From positions 1 through 59,730 of the IMG/VR virus record IMGVR_UViG_3300024520_000076: a stretch of 59,730 nt of DNA, one strand, 5' to 3'. Position 1 is the stretch's first letter. Each line of letters starts with the position of its first letter. The DNA comes from a virus (taxonomy: Duplodnaviria > Caudoviricetes). The translations under genes and the position numbers were made by a program. Of this stretch, positions 34,187-43,800 are shown piece by piece. The notes under the pieces are model-generated. The model saw nothing but the letters and a program-made list of their open reading frames with translations. It was not told the DNA's origin and made no database searches.

Positions 34187-34272
34187 GCACATGTCTTGTG
34201 AATAGGGGGTGCACTGGATTACAAACTATCTGAGTTTTAGTATGCACACTTCTTGTGAATAGGGGGTGCACT
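34187..34272 (+). repeat. 22-bp perfect direct repeat, 57-bp period
   Basis: TCTTGTGAATAGGGGGTGCACT at 34194-34215 and 34251-34272, each preceded by GCACA. Confidence 0.9.
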
Positions 34273-34312
34273 AAAACACTCCTAATTAATTCAAAAGAAT
34301 TAAAGAAAAGTC

Positions 34313-34341
34313 TTGACCATTAATCGTGCATGATGTACCCT
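34313..34341 (+). promoter_or_regulatory. Sigma70-like promoter of second early operon
   Basis: TTGACC-N17-TACCCT with an A-rich upstream tract. Confidence 0.6.
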
Positions 34342-34440
34342 TGATTGTTGTTATACGGCAACACAATGAAGCGCCCCTCTCAGAAGGCTTTGTGTATGTC
34401 CTTCTGGGAGGGGTAATTTAAAACTAAACAAAAACAAACT

Positions 34441-34623
34441 ATGAAAACAGAATACGCGCCAGATATAAAACAAGCTGTCAAAGATGCCAGCCTTAATGTT
34501 GCCTGTCTGCTGGATCAGAACTATGACAGCCCAGATGAATTAGAAAGTGAATTGTACAGGCTACAGGAATACATAACTCTTTTAGAGAATCACATATTAA
34601 ACAAAGACGAACCAGTAATATAA
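34441..34623 (+). CDS. Small hypothetical protein
   Basis: AAACAAACTATG context. Confidence 0.65.
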   Translation: MKTEYAPDIKQAVKDASLNVACLLDQNYDSPDELESELYRLQEYITLLENHILNKDEPVI

Positions 34624-34631
34624 AACAAACT

Positions 34632-34841
34632 ATGAAAACAGAACCCACAGTATATAAGTTTACTTTCTACGGATGTGCCCACCCTTGGGTAGCTACAGAG
34701 AGTCTCCCTGAACAAGTAGACGAGGCGCTTTGTTACATCGATGGCCTCCAGCAAATGACCAAGCTGGAAGTTACAGAACTCTCCCTTAAAGAGAAGCCAA
34801 AGCCAAGACGCAAGGCGGTAAAGAAAGGGGAAACAAAATGA
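34632..34841 (+). CDS. Small hypothetical protein
   Basis: Same AAAACAAACTATGAAAACAGAA start as the previous gene. Confidence 0.65.
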   Translation: MKTEPTVYKFTFYGCAHPWVATESLPEQVDEALCYIDGLQQMTKLEVTELSLKEKPKPRRKAVKKGETK

Positions 34842-35044
34842 CATCACAAGACCTACTAGATTTGTACGACATCAAAAGGTTTCTTCAAATGAGGAAACTT
34901 CTTGATGAGCCAAAAGACAATGAAGGCACTGAGGAGACTATAGGTTTCCTGATCAGTGCCTTCATTGATCGGGCAGAGGAGGAGACTCAAGGTTTCATAA
35001 TCACTTCCTTAATTGATCAAACAACGAAGGAAACACAAACATAA
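34838..35044 (+). CDS. Small hypothetical protein
   Basis: ATGA-coupled. Confidence 0.6.
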   Translation: MTSQDLLDLYDIKRFLQMRKLLDEPKDNEGTEETIGFLISAFIDRAEEETQGFIITSLIDQTTKETQT

Positions 35045-35064
35045 ACCAACAAAGAAAAAACAAA

Positions 35065-35406
35065 ATGAAAATAAAAGAAGTAATTCAATTTTTTAACGAG
35101 ACTGTAAATTTCCCTAGTCGCCGTGGGGATGCTGATGATTATATTATCTGGGAGCATTGGGCTATAGAGGATTTGTTTTCCGAAGATGAGCGCAAACAAA
35201 TAACAGACAAGGAATGGGAATATGCGTGTGGTTATAGTATGACAGAGTTTGATTGGGAACAAACAAAGGATGCTATAGCGTCTCTTATACGCCGTGATCT
35301 AGTCGACTTCAGAAAATTTAACGGGGAACAGGAAGAAGATCTGGGTGATACTTGGATTAAGATTGAGAAGGACAAATCTATTCATGGAAGAAAACACCCA
35401 AGATAA
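35065..35406 (+). CDS. Acidic hypothetical protein
   Basis: 113 aa, A-rich leader. Confidence 0.65.
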   Translation: MKIKEVIQFFNETVNFPSRRGDADDYIIWEHWAIEDLFSEDERKQITDKEWEYACGYSMTEFDWEQTKDAIASLIRRDLVDFRKFNGEQEEDLGDTWIKIEKDKSIHGRKHPR

Positions 35407-35819
35407 TGGCTACAGAATTAAACAAAGCAATCCACCGCGCTGTCGAGATAGATGGCGCAGACTATATTGTTTCGCTCCAGCCTGACCCGCCACGGGTCAC
35501 GCTGAGAAAGAAACGGCATAAGAATACAGCAAGTGAAATCACCCTTGCAGAATTACTGGAACCAGACACCATAGTAGCAGACACACGAGAGGAGGAAGTA
35601 GCGCTTATGTCTGATAAAGATTGGGAATCATTAGGTAATTACAAACCATCTGACGCAGACTACATACATCCAAGTGACTTAAAGCTATGGGCAAAGTACA
35701 GCTACCCTAAGTTTAAGGTAGCATGGGAGCAGTACAAGTCAGCTACTAGAGGGAACAAACAAGCCGATATAATCTGGAACACAGACGGCTCAATAGAAAT
35801 CGCTAACCACCCAGAGTAA
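35406..35819 (+). CDS. Hypothetical protein
   Basis: 137 aa, TAATG-coupled. Confidence 0.65.
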   Translation: MATELNKAIHRAVEIDGADYIVSLQPDPPRVTLRKKRHKNTASEITLAELLEPDTIVADTREEEVALMSDKDWESLGNYKPSDADYIHPSDLKLWAKYSYPKFKVAWEQYKSATRGNKQADIIWNTDGSIEIANHPE

Positions 35820-35820
35820 T

Positions 35821-35952
35821 ATGAATAAGTCACAATGGAAAAAGAAAGCAAGAGGGAAAGTAATCCGTAAAAATAAACATAAAAAGAAACTGGATAAGCT
35901 AAAGTTTAAAAAAAGAATAGCGAAAGGAAATGACTACCCCGAAACAAAATAG
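35821..35952 (+). CDS. 43-aa extremely basic peptide (not in ORF track)
   Basis: MNKSQWKKKARGKVIRKNKHKKKLDKLKFKKRIAKGNDYPETK. Confidence 0.5.
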   Translation: MNKSQWKKKARGKVIRKNKHKKKLDKLKFKKRIAKGNDYPETK

Positions 35953-36157
35953 GCGAGCAAGAAAGAAAGGGCTTAAAAAAGCGAGCCGTAAAAAGCGGAG
36001 AGTTAGTATTAAGAATTCGAGTACTGAGGATCTCACGCGCAACAAAGCAGGGAATAAATATATATTCGATGGGAAGCAAAAGTTTATGCGCGGGGTAATG
36101 GCTTCCTCGGATGGAAGTAACCAAAGAGCAAAAAATAAAAAACAATGCAACAGATGA
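35930..36157 (+). CDS. Small basic protein
   Basis: RRARKKGLKKASRKKRR. Confidence 0.55.
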   Translation: MTTPKQNRRARKKGLKKASRKKRRVSIKNSSTEDLTRNKAGNKYIFDGKQKFMRGVMASSDGSNQRAKNKKQCNR

Positions 36158-36351
36158 TATACGCAATATTAATAATAGGAGTCTACCTAAGTATAGTTTA
36201 CTTTTGTTTCTATCTTCTACGGAAGCTGAAGGAACAGGCAGAGTATATACAAAGGCATAACGAACGAACCCTCACATACAAACGGAGGATACAAGCAATG
36301 ACAGAAACATTAGAAAGGGAGCGAGATGCCCAGCAATCACATATCAAATAA
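36145..36351 (+). CDS. Small single-TM protein
   Basis: MIYAILIIGVYLSIVYFCFYLL plus coiled coil. Confidence 0.6.
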   Translation: MQQMIYAILIIGVYLSIVYFCFYLLRKLKEQAEYIQRHNERTLTYKRRIQAMTETLERERDAQQSHIK

Positions 36352-36577
36352 GCCATACCATGATTGGTTAAGGGAGCAAGGCAAGAAGCCGAAGGTCTTA
36401 TTCACCCATGACTTCAACATACCATTCAGCGTGGACTCATTCGAGAGTGACCCTTGGGAGGTGGACGCTGAGACAGTGGCGTTGACTTTACTTAAACGGG
36501 TACAGAACTGTAGGGATTCTGACACTATCATGGATGCCATTGAGCACACCCAAACTATATCGGAGCAAATTAAATGA
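36326..36577 (+). CDS. Hypothetical protein
   Basis: 83 aa, overlaps both neighbours. Confidence 0.6.
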   Translation: MPSNHISNKPYHDWLREQGKKPKVLFTHDFNIPFSVDSFESDPWEVDAETVALTLLKRVQNCRDSDTIMDAIEHTQTISEQIK

Positions 36578-36687
36578 TAATAACAATAGGATTAATTGTA
36601 TGGCTACTAGCTATCGTATGTGTTTTGCGGTTCTTTACTGTATCCGCTAACAATCAACATAGGAAAAGAGGAGGAAAGAAACCGTGA
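36574..36687 (+). CDS. 37-aa membrane peptide (not in ORF track)
   Basis: MIITIGLIVWLLAIVCVLRFFTVSANNQHRKRGGKKP, with 4-nt overlaps on both sides. Confidence 0.5.
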   Translation: MIITIGLIVWLLAIVCVLRFFTVSANNQHRKRGGKKP

Positions 36688-36983
36688 TACGTTATCGTTC
36701 AGCGGATTGGTACTCTTGTGACCCAGCGCCTCTTGATCCTAGGGTGCGCCCTCATGAAATGGTCGAGCGCATAACGACCAAGGAAACGCCAAGCAAATTA
36801 ATTATGATAGACGAAGAAACCGATGAGGAATTTCTTTCTCGGTTTGGGTTAGGGTGCGGCGACCTGCCCTCAGATTATCCCGAACGAATAAAGCGAGCTA
36901 CCCACCACCCACGTACAATGAGTATTGTAATGGACAGGCAGTATGTTGCTTGCCATTCAGATGCCATCCACCCTGCATCCTGA
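36684..36983 (+). CDS. Hypothetical protein
   Basis: 99 aa, GTGA-coupled. Confidence 0.5.
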   Translation: MIRYRSADWYSCDPAPLDPRVRPHEMVERITTKETPSKLIMIDEETDEEFLSRFGLGCGDLPSDYPERIKRATHHPRTMSIVMDRQYVACHSDAIHPAS

Positions 36984-36984
36984 A

Positions 36985-37096
36985 CCCTGACCCCTTGATT
37001 CTGAGCTAGGAATAAAGCTAGAGGAGAACTCTGGATGAGGCGTTTTTCATAGTAACGTCTTTGATGAACACCTAGTTTAGAATCAAGGGGTTAGGG
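36985..37096 (+). ncRNA. Candidate structured RNA: 26-bp stem closing a three-way junction
   Basis: 36985-37010 pairs with 37071-37096 with three G-U pairs and no mismatch. Two internal hairpins. Confidence 0.55.
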
Positions 37097-37105
37097 AATC
37101 CCCTA

Positions 37106-37133
37106 TTGTTTATTACTTATTTGATGTTATTTT
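37106..37133 (+). promoter_or_regulatory. Putative promoter, near-leaderless
   Basis: TTGTTT-N16-(TGT)TATTTT-N7-ATG(37141). Confidence 0.5.
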
Positions 37134-37140
37134 AATAAGT

Positions 37141-37341
37141 ATGAACATCTTGCGCATCTATTATGAACAGTATGAACTACTGTTAAACATGCAGATTGTG
37201 GATGGTCATATACTGCCAGAGACATTCAAAGTTTTCCCTGTATTTAGGGACGTTGATGGTAGCAATCCTAAACTGGGGGAGGCAATAGTCCTCTCATTAA
37301 CTGAAGCAAAAATAATCTTACCTATTAAATACCTAACATGA
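37141..37341 (+). CDS. Small hypothetical protein
   Basis: 66 aa after promoter, coupled to the next gene. Confidence 0.6.
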   Translation: MNILRIYYEQYELLLNMQIVDGHILPETFKVFPVFRDVDGSNPKLGEAIVLSLTEAKIILPIKYLT

Positions 37342-37628
37342 ATCTATCTACCAAATGCCATCCCGAATCTGTTTTGAAAGCTGTCTCCGAAATCTCTGGT
37401 TATAGTCCAGATGAGATAGTTAGTAGTAAACGTGGCAACTCCATCACAGCTTGGAGGCACATAGGAATGTTTGTTGCGAGACAACGTGGGATGACATTGG
37501 ATCAAGTAGGAAAACTATTTGGTAAGCACTATACATCTGTGAGTTTTGCAGAGCGTAAGGTGGAGAAGAAGATGAATGACACAGTTCGTAGGGCTATAGA
37601 TGCTGTAAACAATATAGTAGATAAATGA
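37338..37628 (+). CDS. Stand-alone DnaA C-terminal (domain IV)-like HTH protein
   Basis: VSEISGYSPDEIVSSKR...AWRHIGMFVAR...TLDQVGKLFGKHYTSV. Confidence 0.85.
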   Translation: MNLSTKCHPESVLKAVSEISGYSPDEIVSSKRGNSITAWRHIGMFVARQRGMTLDQVGKLFGKHYTSVSFAERKVEKKMNDTVRRAIDAVNNIVDK

Positions 37629-37629
37629 T

Positions 37630-37860
37630 ATGAGTCTTAAACGATATCTTAAAATTGATGGCGGGGGTGACTACTCATGGCTTGCTCTTAAATCTATCTA
37701 CGGGAGATATGAAATAACAGGGGATCGTAAAGGATCTCGTGTCCTTCTATTCCGTGGACTGAGCGAAGACAATGCCATAGCGCACTTTAAGAACTTGGCA
37801 AACAAGCACGGGGCTTATTCGTTAAGCCGCCCTCTTACAAACTATCTGGTACGTACTTAG
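37630..37860 (+). CDS. Small hypothetical protein
   Basis: 76 aa, converges on the giant gene. Confidence 0.55.
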   Translation: MSLKRYLKIDGGGDYSWLALKSIYGRYEITGDRKGSRVLLFRGLSEDNAIAHFKNLANKHGAYSLSRPLTNYLVRT

Positions 37861-40800
37861 TTCTCGTCGTGCCTGTAGAAGCGTGGGATGTTCTTGAAGT
37901 AAGCGTCTAGTAGGCGCTCTCTTCGAAGGAAAAGGGCGATCCCTGTGCTCTCGTATTTATCCCGCAGTTTCTTTTTCAACCCCTTGTGTGTTTCCCTTGG
38001 GGTTTCAGTTAAACCATTAAGCATAAATTTGTACCTACGTTTTCCGAACTGCGCTCCATGAACTATGTTCCGCACTTCTTCCTCAGTCATGCCCGCCAAT
38101 GAGCCTAGGTGTTTTAGCGTATGTGCCACCTCTTTATCCAAACGAACTCTGTGGTCTATTTCATCTAGCACTAAACCCTTTATATCGTTATCAGAAAGAG
38201 GGGATTCACTAAGAACTTTATTCTTTCTAAGGGATATACTTTGTGTTTCTCTTCTTACGTCAAATAGGTATCTCCTCATGTTTTTTTGGATGTCTACTTT
38301 GTAGGGCTTTACAGGTAGGAATTCCTTTCCTATTCGTTTCATTACATCTTCTACAGGGTTAGTCCCCATCATCGTTATTGCTTCTCTACCCGCTTTCATA
38401 GTCCTTGGCTGGAATGCTTCTTCGAATAAATATTTTGCCCCCTTTAAAAATGCATCTTCAGCAGTATCTCTTTCTTCCCATATCTTTTTGTTTGTTTGCG
38501 GATCTCTATTAGCTTTTAAATTTAAGGCTGCTCCTGCAAATATCTGATCATCTAGGTACTCATCGACGATCATAGATTTAACAAAAGCAATCCCCATTTC
38601 TGCGGCGCTCCCTCCTGTAGCTCCTATTTCAAAACTACGTAAGAACGGGTCTACTATTAAAGAGAACGGATTCAGGTATGTTAAGTCTGTTGTCCATAGG
38701 TTCCCTTCATCATCTTTGGTTATATAGAAGGTATGGTTTTTGAGGTACTCTACTAAAGTCCTTCTTAATGCCGCATCTTCCTCATCGTCAACTCCTTCTC
38801 CTAACCTCATCAGTAGTGGAGCAACTGCGGATAATCCTACAGTTACAGAAGTCAATCCAAATAACCGCCTCAAACCTCTCCTTTTAATGACAGGGTTTTT
38901 ATCTTTTATTTCACTGAAGCTCCGCCGTAAAGTATTAATTGGTATTCTAATTAATTCGGTTTTGAATCGTATAAAAGGAGCGAACATCACACCAGCAGTA
39001 GATTTAGTCCATCCCTGTACAAATGGGGAAGACCTACTGTATGACTGGGCGGTATCTAAAACTATATCTGCCGCCGCTCTCTCAAGTTGGTTCTCTGTCA
39101 TATGGAAATACTTATCATCTCTGCCTTTTGCTACCGAATTTGCTTTAGCTTTCTTTAAAACACCAAGCTCATGTTCAAAATAGTATATCTTATAGAAGGT
39201 ATCCATCGTCGCTGACATCTCTTTGAGATTAGTGTACGCCTTGTGTAATGCGGTTCCTACTTTCTTTAAGTCTTCTGGCGTTGTACTCTCATCGGACAGT
39301 TCGTTGATGTCCTTCGTTGTCTCATATATGCGTTTCATCAAATCATTTGGGTCTGTATCCCCAGCGAATAATTCTTCCAACATCTTAGGACGGATCTCGT
39401 CGCCAATAATATCTAAAGCATCCAGCTTAGAATAGTAGGCATTAAGTTTTTCTGGCCCTAGTACGCCTTTAAAAAAGAATCCTTTTTTGCGTCCAATCTC
39501 TTTAATCATACTCCCTGTCAACGCCACAGGAGCTAGTATTCCTTGGGCGGGGCCGAAGAACAGTACGTTACTTAATGAGTTCCTTAAATAGAATCCTATG
39601 GAGCCTAATGTTTTAGCTGCCATTGATGACCCCGTTAACACCTGAGCTGCTTTTGTAATGCCTCTAGCTACTTGTTGCCCCTCATTCATTGAAAGAATAA
39701 CGCTGTCCCTTATTTCTTTCAAAGATTCCACCATTTCTGTGGGGGCAAAATATGATTCGTTCTTCCCTATGATTACGAAAGGATCATAGCGGGCATCCCC
39801 ATCTGCCATAAGAGTCCCCCATTTTTTTTGTTCTTCTAGCTCAAGACCCTCATGCTCGGCTCCAGTAATAATCCATCTGTTCTTTGCTTGTACCCCAAAA
39901 TCCAAAAGGTTTTTGAGGAACGCCTGATGAGATGCCATTATACCTACATGCATATAGGTACGCATAATCGCATCATATCCAGTAGAGTCTCCTTCTTCTC
40001 CCATTAGTTGCCTTAACGCATCTGGGATATTTTTCCTCCCCTTTAATTTTTCTTTTAATATAGCGGAAAACCCTATCCTGTTGTTTTTATCCTTTACCAT
40101 TTTGTTGGGGTCGATAAGTAATGCGTCTCCTGTACTATATGAGTTGAGAAACTCAATCATCATATTGTGTATCTTAGGGGGCATCTCAGTAGATGTTTTT
40201 CCTTGCCCTTCTGATAGCTCTGCCCTTGCTATAACTTCTGCGTCCCCCAAGCGGGTTACTACTTCGCCCGCTTTAACGTCGTCTGTAACATCAAGATCTG
40301 CGCTCTCCTCGGTAAACTTCTCGCTATTCCTGAGAATTTGAGCCGACCTTGCATTTATATATTCCTGCGTAAAAAACTTAGCTGCTTCTTCTCTTGCTGT
40401 TGCATACTTCTTCTCATGTAAAACTTTTCCAGCAAAGAACGGGTCTGAAAACAATTTGTATGATCTTGTTAAGTATATTTCCAAGTTACCGTCTATGGTC
40501 CCCTTCAAGGACTTCTGCATGTCCTCATCATTAGGGAACAGGACGGCTATCTTTTTAGAAAAAGCATCTGTCTTTTTCCTTAGCTCTAATAAGTGTAGCG
40601 CTATAGCTCCTTTGGGGGTTCCATCTTCTTCGTACCCTCCTAGTCGCATGATAGCATTATGTCTTCTATGAGCGATTAATGCTTTTTTATTTTGGTACGC
40701 CCTTTTGTAAGCCAGCTCTTTGTTATTCTCTAATTGTTTTATTTCTTCCAGTACTTCTTCCAACTCCCCGTTCCTTTTCTCACTCTCCTTCTCCTCTATG

Positions 40801-43800
40801 AGAGCTAATCGTTTATTATTTAAGACTACCTTTCTTTCCCTATACTTCTGCTCTATAAAATCATGTATCTCTGGTTCCAGTTTCAATGTCTCCCCGTCAC
40901 CTGTAATATCTTTAAACAATCCAACAGGGGCATCTCCATCTGGGTACTCTTTAGCAACCAAATAATCCAACCTACCTTTATACTTTTGTATCTCATTAAA
41001 GACTGCATTACGTAATGCCGTAGCTTGTTGATTTAATCTTTGAAGTCTTGGGTCAGCGCCTCCGACCAACCACTTCATAATTCCTTTAGGCTGTCCTTTA
41101 TACTTCCCTGTCTTGAACATAGGAAGGGTCAGCATAGCGGTTAAGTCTCCGTGTTTAAATATAGTGGGAGTCTCCCCATCTCCAGCAATTTGTGACTCTG
41201 TTATTTCTACCTCTTGGGTAGTAGTCGTGTCTGGCCCTGCTTCCAAGATGCTCGGGTCAAAAACAACAACTTCTCTTACATTCTTATCTGTGCCTTGCAT
41301 GTACTCAACAACACCTTTAATGTCCACAGAGGATAAAAGTAACCGTGTGACATTCCTTATTTGGTTGGGTGTCCAGTGAGATGTGGGCTCTTGTGGGTTG
41401 ATCCCTGCGTCCTCTACGATCTCGTAAGGGACTACTGTCCTTTCTTGCATCACCTTACCGCCCTCTATGTCGGCTGTGCCCATCCTTCTATTAAGAGCCC
41501 CTATAAAATCGTTCCCTGCTCCTTCTCTATGCGGCCAATAAACCTTACCTTTTTCAGTAAACTCACTCCAATCTTTATATGGAACTTCTTCCCTCACAAC
41601 ACCGCTACTGTCTGCCTCGGGGTGTCCCTCGCCTACGTATTTTTCTACTACGTAGCTTAACTTTTGTGCGAGCTTATCTAGTTTACCTTGCAGCTCTGAG
41701 GACCATTTCGATCCTATTCTATAGATATCCCCCTCGTGCCTTTTTTTAACTCTGAGTCTAAAAAGGTTTCCTCTGGCTTCGTAGGTACTGAGGCGGCTTC
41801 TTGCGTTATCAGTTGCCCCTTCATTAGAAGCTAAGAAATAAATACCAGCACCATTGATAGCGGCTGTTCCCTTAAAGTCTGATTCGGACCACCCAATACG
41901 AGCCCAGTCGAATCTTTTAATGTCGTCTACCTTTTGATATGTGAAGAGATCCTTATTTGTAAAGCTCTCGGGTATTTTGGATGATTCTACAATACCTATA
42001 CCTACTGCTGGTGTAGGTATTGTAGCCGTGAACAGTTTTTGTATTTCCTCTTTCCCTCTAGCCGTGATATCTCTTGAGCCTATTCCAGCAAATTTATCTG
42101 ACAAAGTAGGGGGTCTGCTTGTTACCCAGCTACCTTCTCTGTCCAAGTGGGGAGCCCACTTGTGCCACTGATTGGACACCATGTCGAAGACATGAACTTC
42201 TTTCCCCTGATCTATCCCCATTTGGGTGGCCCACGCAGTACCACCTTTCACTTGACCCCCCACAAAGCGGCTTACAGCTATTACTTGGTCAGAGTCCCTG
42301 ACCTGAAACCAATTTCTTCTGAGGAGGTTGTTCACAAACTTCCCCTTGGTAGGCCATGCTCTATCAAGAGTTTCATTGGCCTTAGCTAGATGTTCGTTAG
42401 CTTCCTTTAGTTCCTCTGCGGTATGTGGGGTGCGGTGCTTATTGCCCTTAGCATGTCCTTCAAATGAGTGAGCCTCTACCTTGAACCCTGCTTCCAGAGC
42501 TGCGAACTCGAACGCTGTATCTGCTCCAGACGCTCCTCCAGAATGGAGAACCCTCTCTACTGCTGGAGTCCCCCCGTCCCCCAAATAGTTTAAAGTCATA
42601 GGGTCACGCAACCCGAGATCAACGAGAATCTCATGTATAGCTCTGGCTTGTGTATTTACATTATCTCCATCCCCTCCAAATTTATCTGTTAATACTTTAC
42701 CTGAACTAGCCCTTCCTATTTCAGCTAACGCTTTTGGGTTAGCAATAAAATATTCTGCCCACAACCCCTTATAAGTTGCCCAGTACCAGCTATCTTCTCT
42801 GTCCAAGTGGGGAGCCGCTGGTAACCCCTTTCCTGATTGTTTAGCCTCTTTTTGCCACACATATTCTATTGTTTTTCCAGAAGGGAGCTTTGCTTTCTTA
42901 GCGGAGAACTTTACTCCTATTCCTTCTTCATCCTTCCCTGCTGTTGACACCTCAAACCCTTCAAATCCTTTACGAGCAACTTTACCAAATCCTCTCGGTG
43001 AGGCTGTATCTACTGGTGGTGCTGTATCTCTGAGTAGCTTATGGAACCCTTCTTCAAACACAATATTGGAGGGTATCTCCCCTGCGTCTAAATACATTTT
43101 AGCCATCTGCGCCCCTGTCCAGCCACTCAATCCCCCTTTCGTTTTCTGAGCTACTAAGAATTCTTTATCTGGCTTAGAACGAGCTGTATCATATAGCTTA
43201 CGAATATTTTTAGTTATCTCTTCTGGTGATAATGATTTTTTATCTGTTGCTGTTTTCTTAGTAGGGAGCGCATAGGAAGTTCCATCCTTTCCATCCTGAA
43301 GTCCTTCAGCTTGCCCTTTTACATTCCACTTACCTTCTTCCCCTTTCTCCTGCTTATTATAATTACTGTCTGCTCTAAGTTTCTTAAACTCATCTACACT
43401 TTTCCCCTCACCAAAAGTTGCGTACCCTGCTGCCCCTGCTCCGTGGAAACCCTGTAGGTTGGACCCGAACACAAATACTTGGTTTTTGTCTAGGGAGGTT
43501 ACTTCTCCTTTGTATGTTTTCGAAGGAACAACCTTTGATGCTGCTCTTCTTTTAATAACAAACGTCTTTAAAGCTTCAGCGTGATTAGGCTTGATATTTT
43601 CATCATAATATAAAAGACTTTTTCCATCTAAAGCACCACTATCAATCTGTCCCAGAATCCATTCCCTACGGTTCTGATATTTATCTTTATGCTCAAAGTC
43701 TTCATCACCTTCCAACCATTTACGATAATATTCTACAGTCTGATCTAGGTTTTTAGTTGGTATAGTATTTTTGAAACCTCGATGACTAAATGGATTACCA

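Noticed and set aside
33898-34271. Minus-strand ORFs of 95 and 79 aa
   Set aside because: They are translations of the repeat array.
34187-34272. Bona fide CRISPR array
   Set aside because: Only two repeats and no cas operon. The Cas4-like gene is a normal replication-module exonuclease. Kept only as a finding.
37011-37070. Hammerhead ribozyme (TGATGA in a three-way junction)
   Set aside because: CUGANGA and GAAA core elements are not intact or correctly placed.
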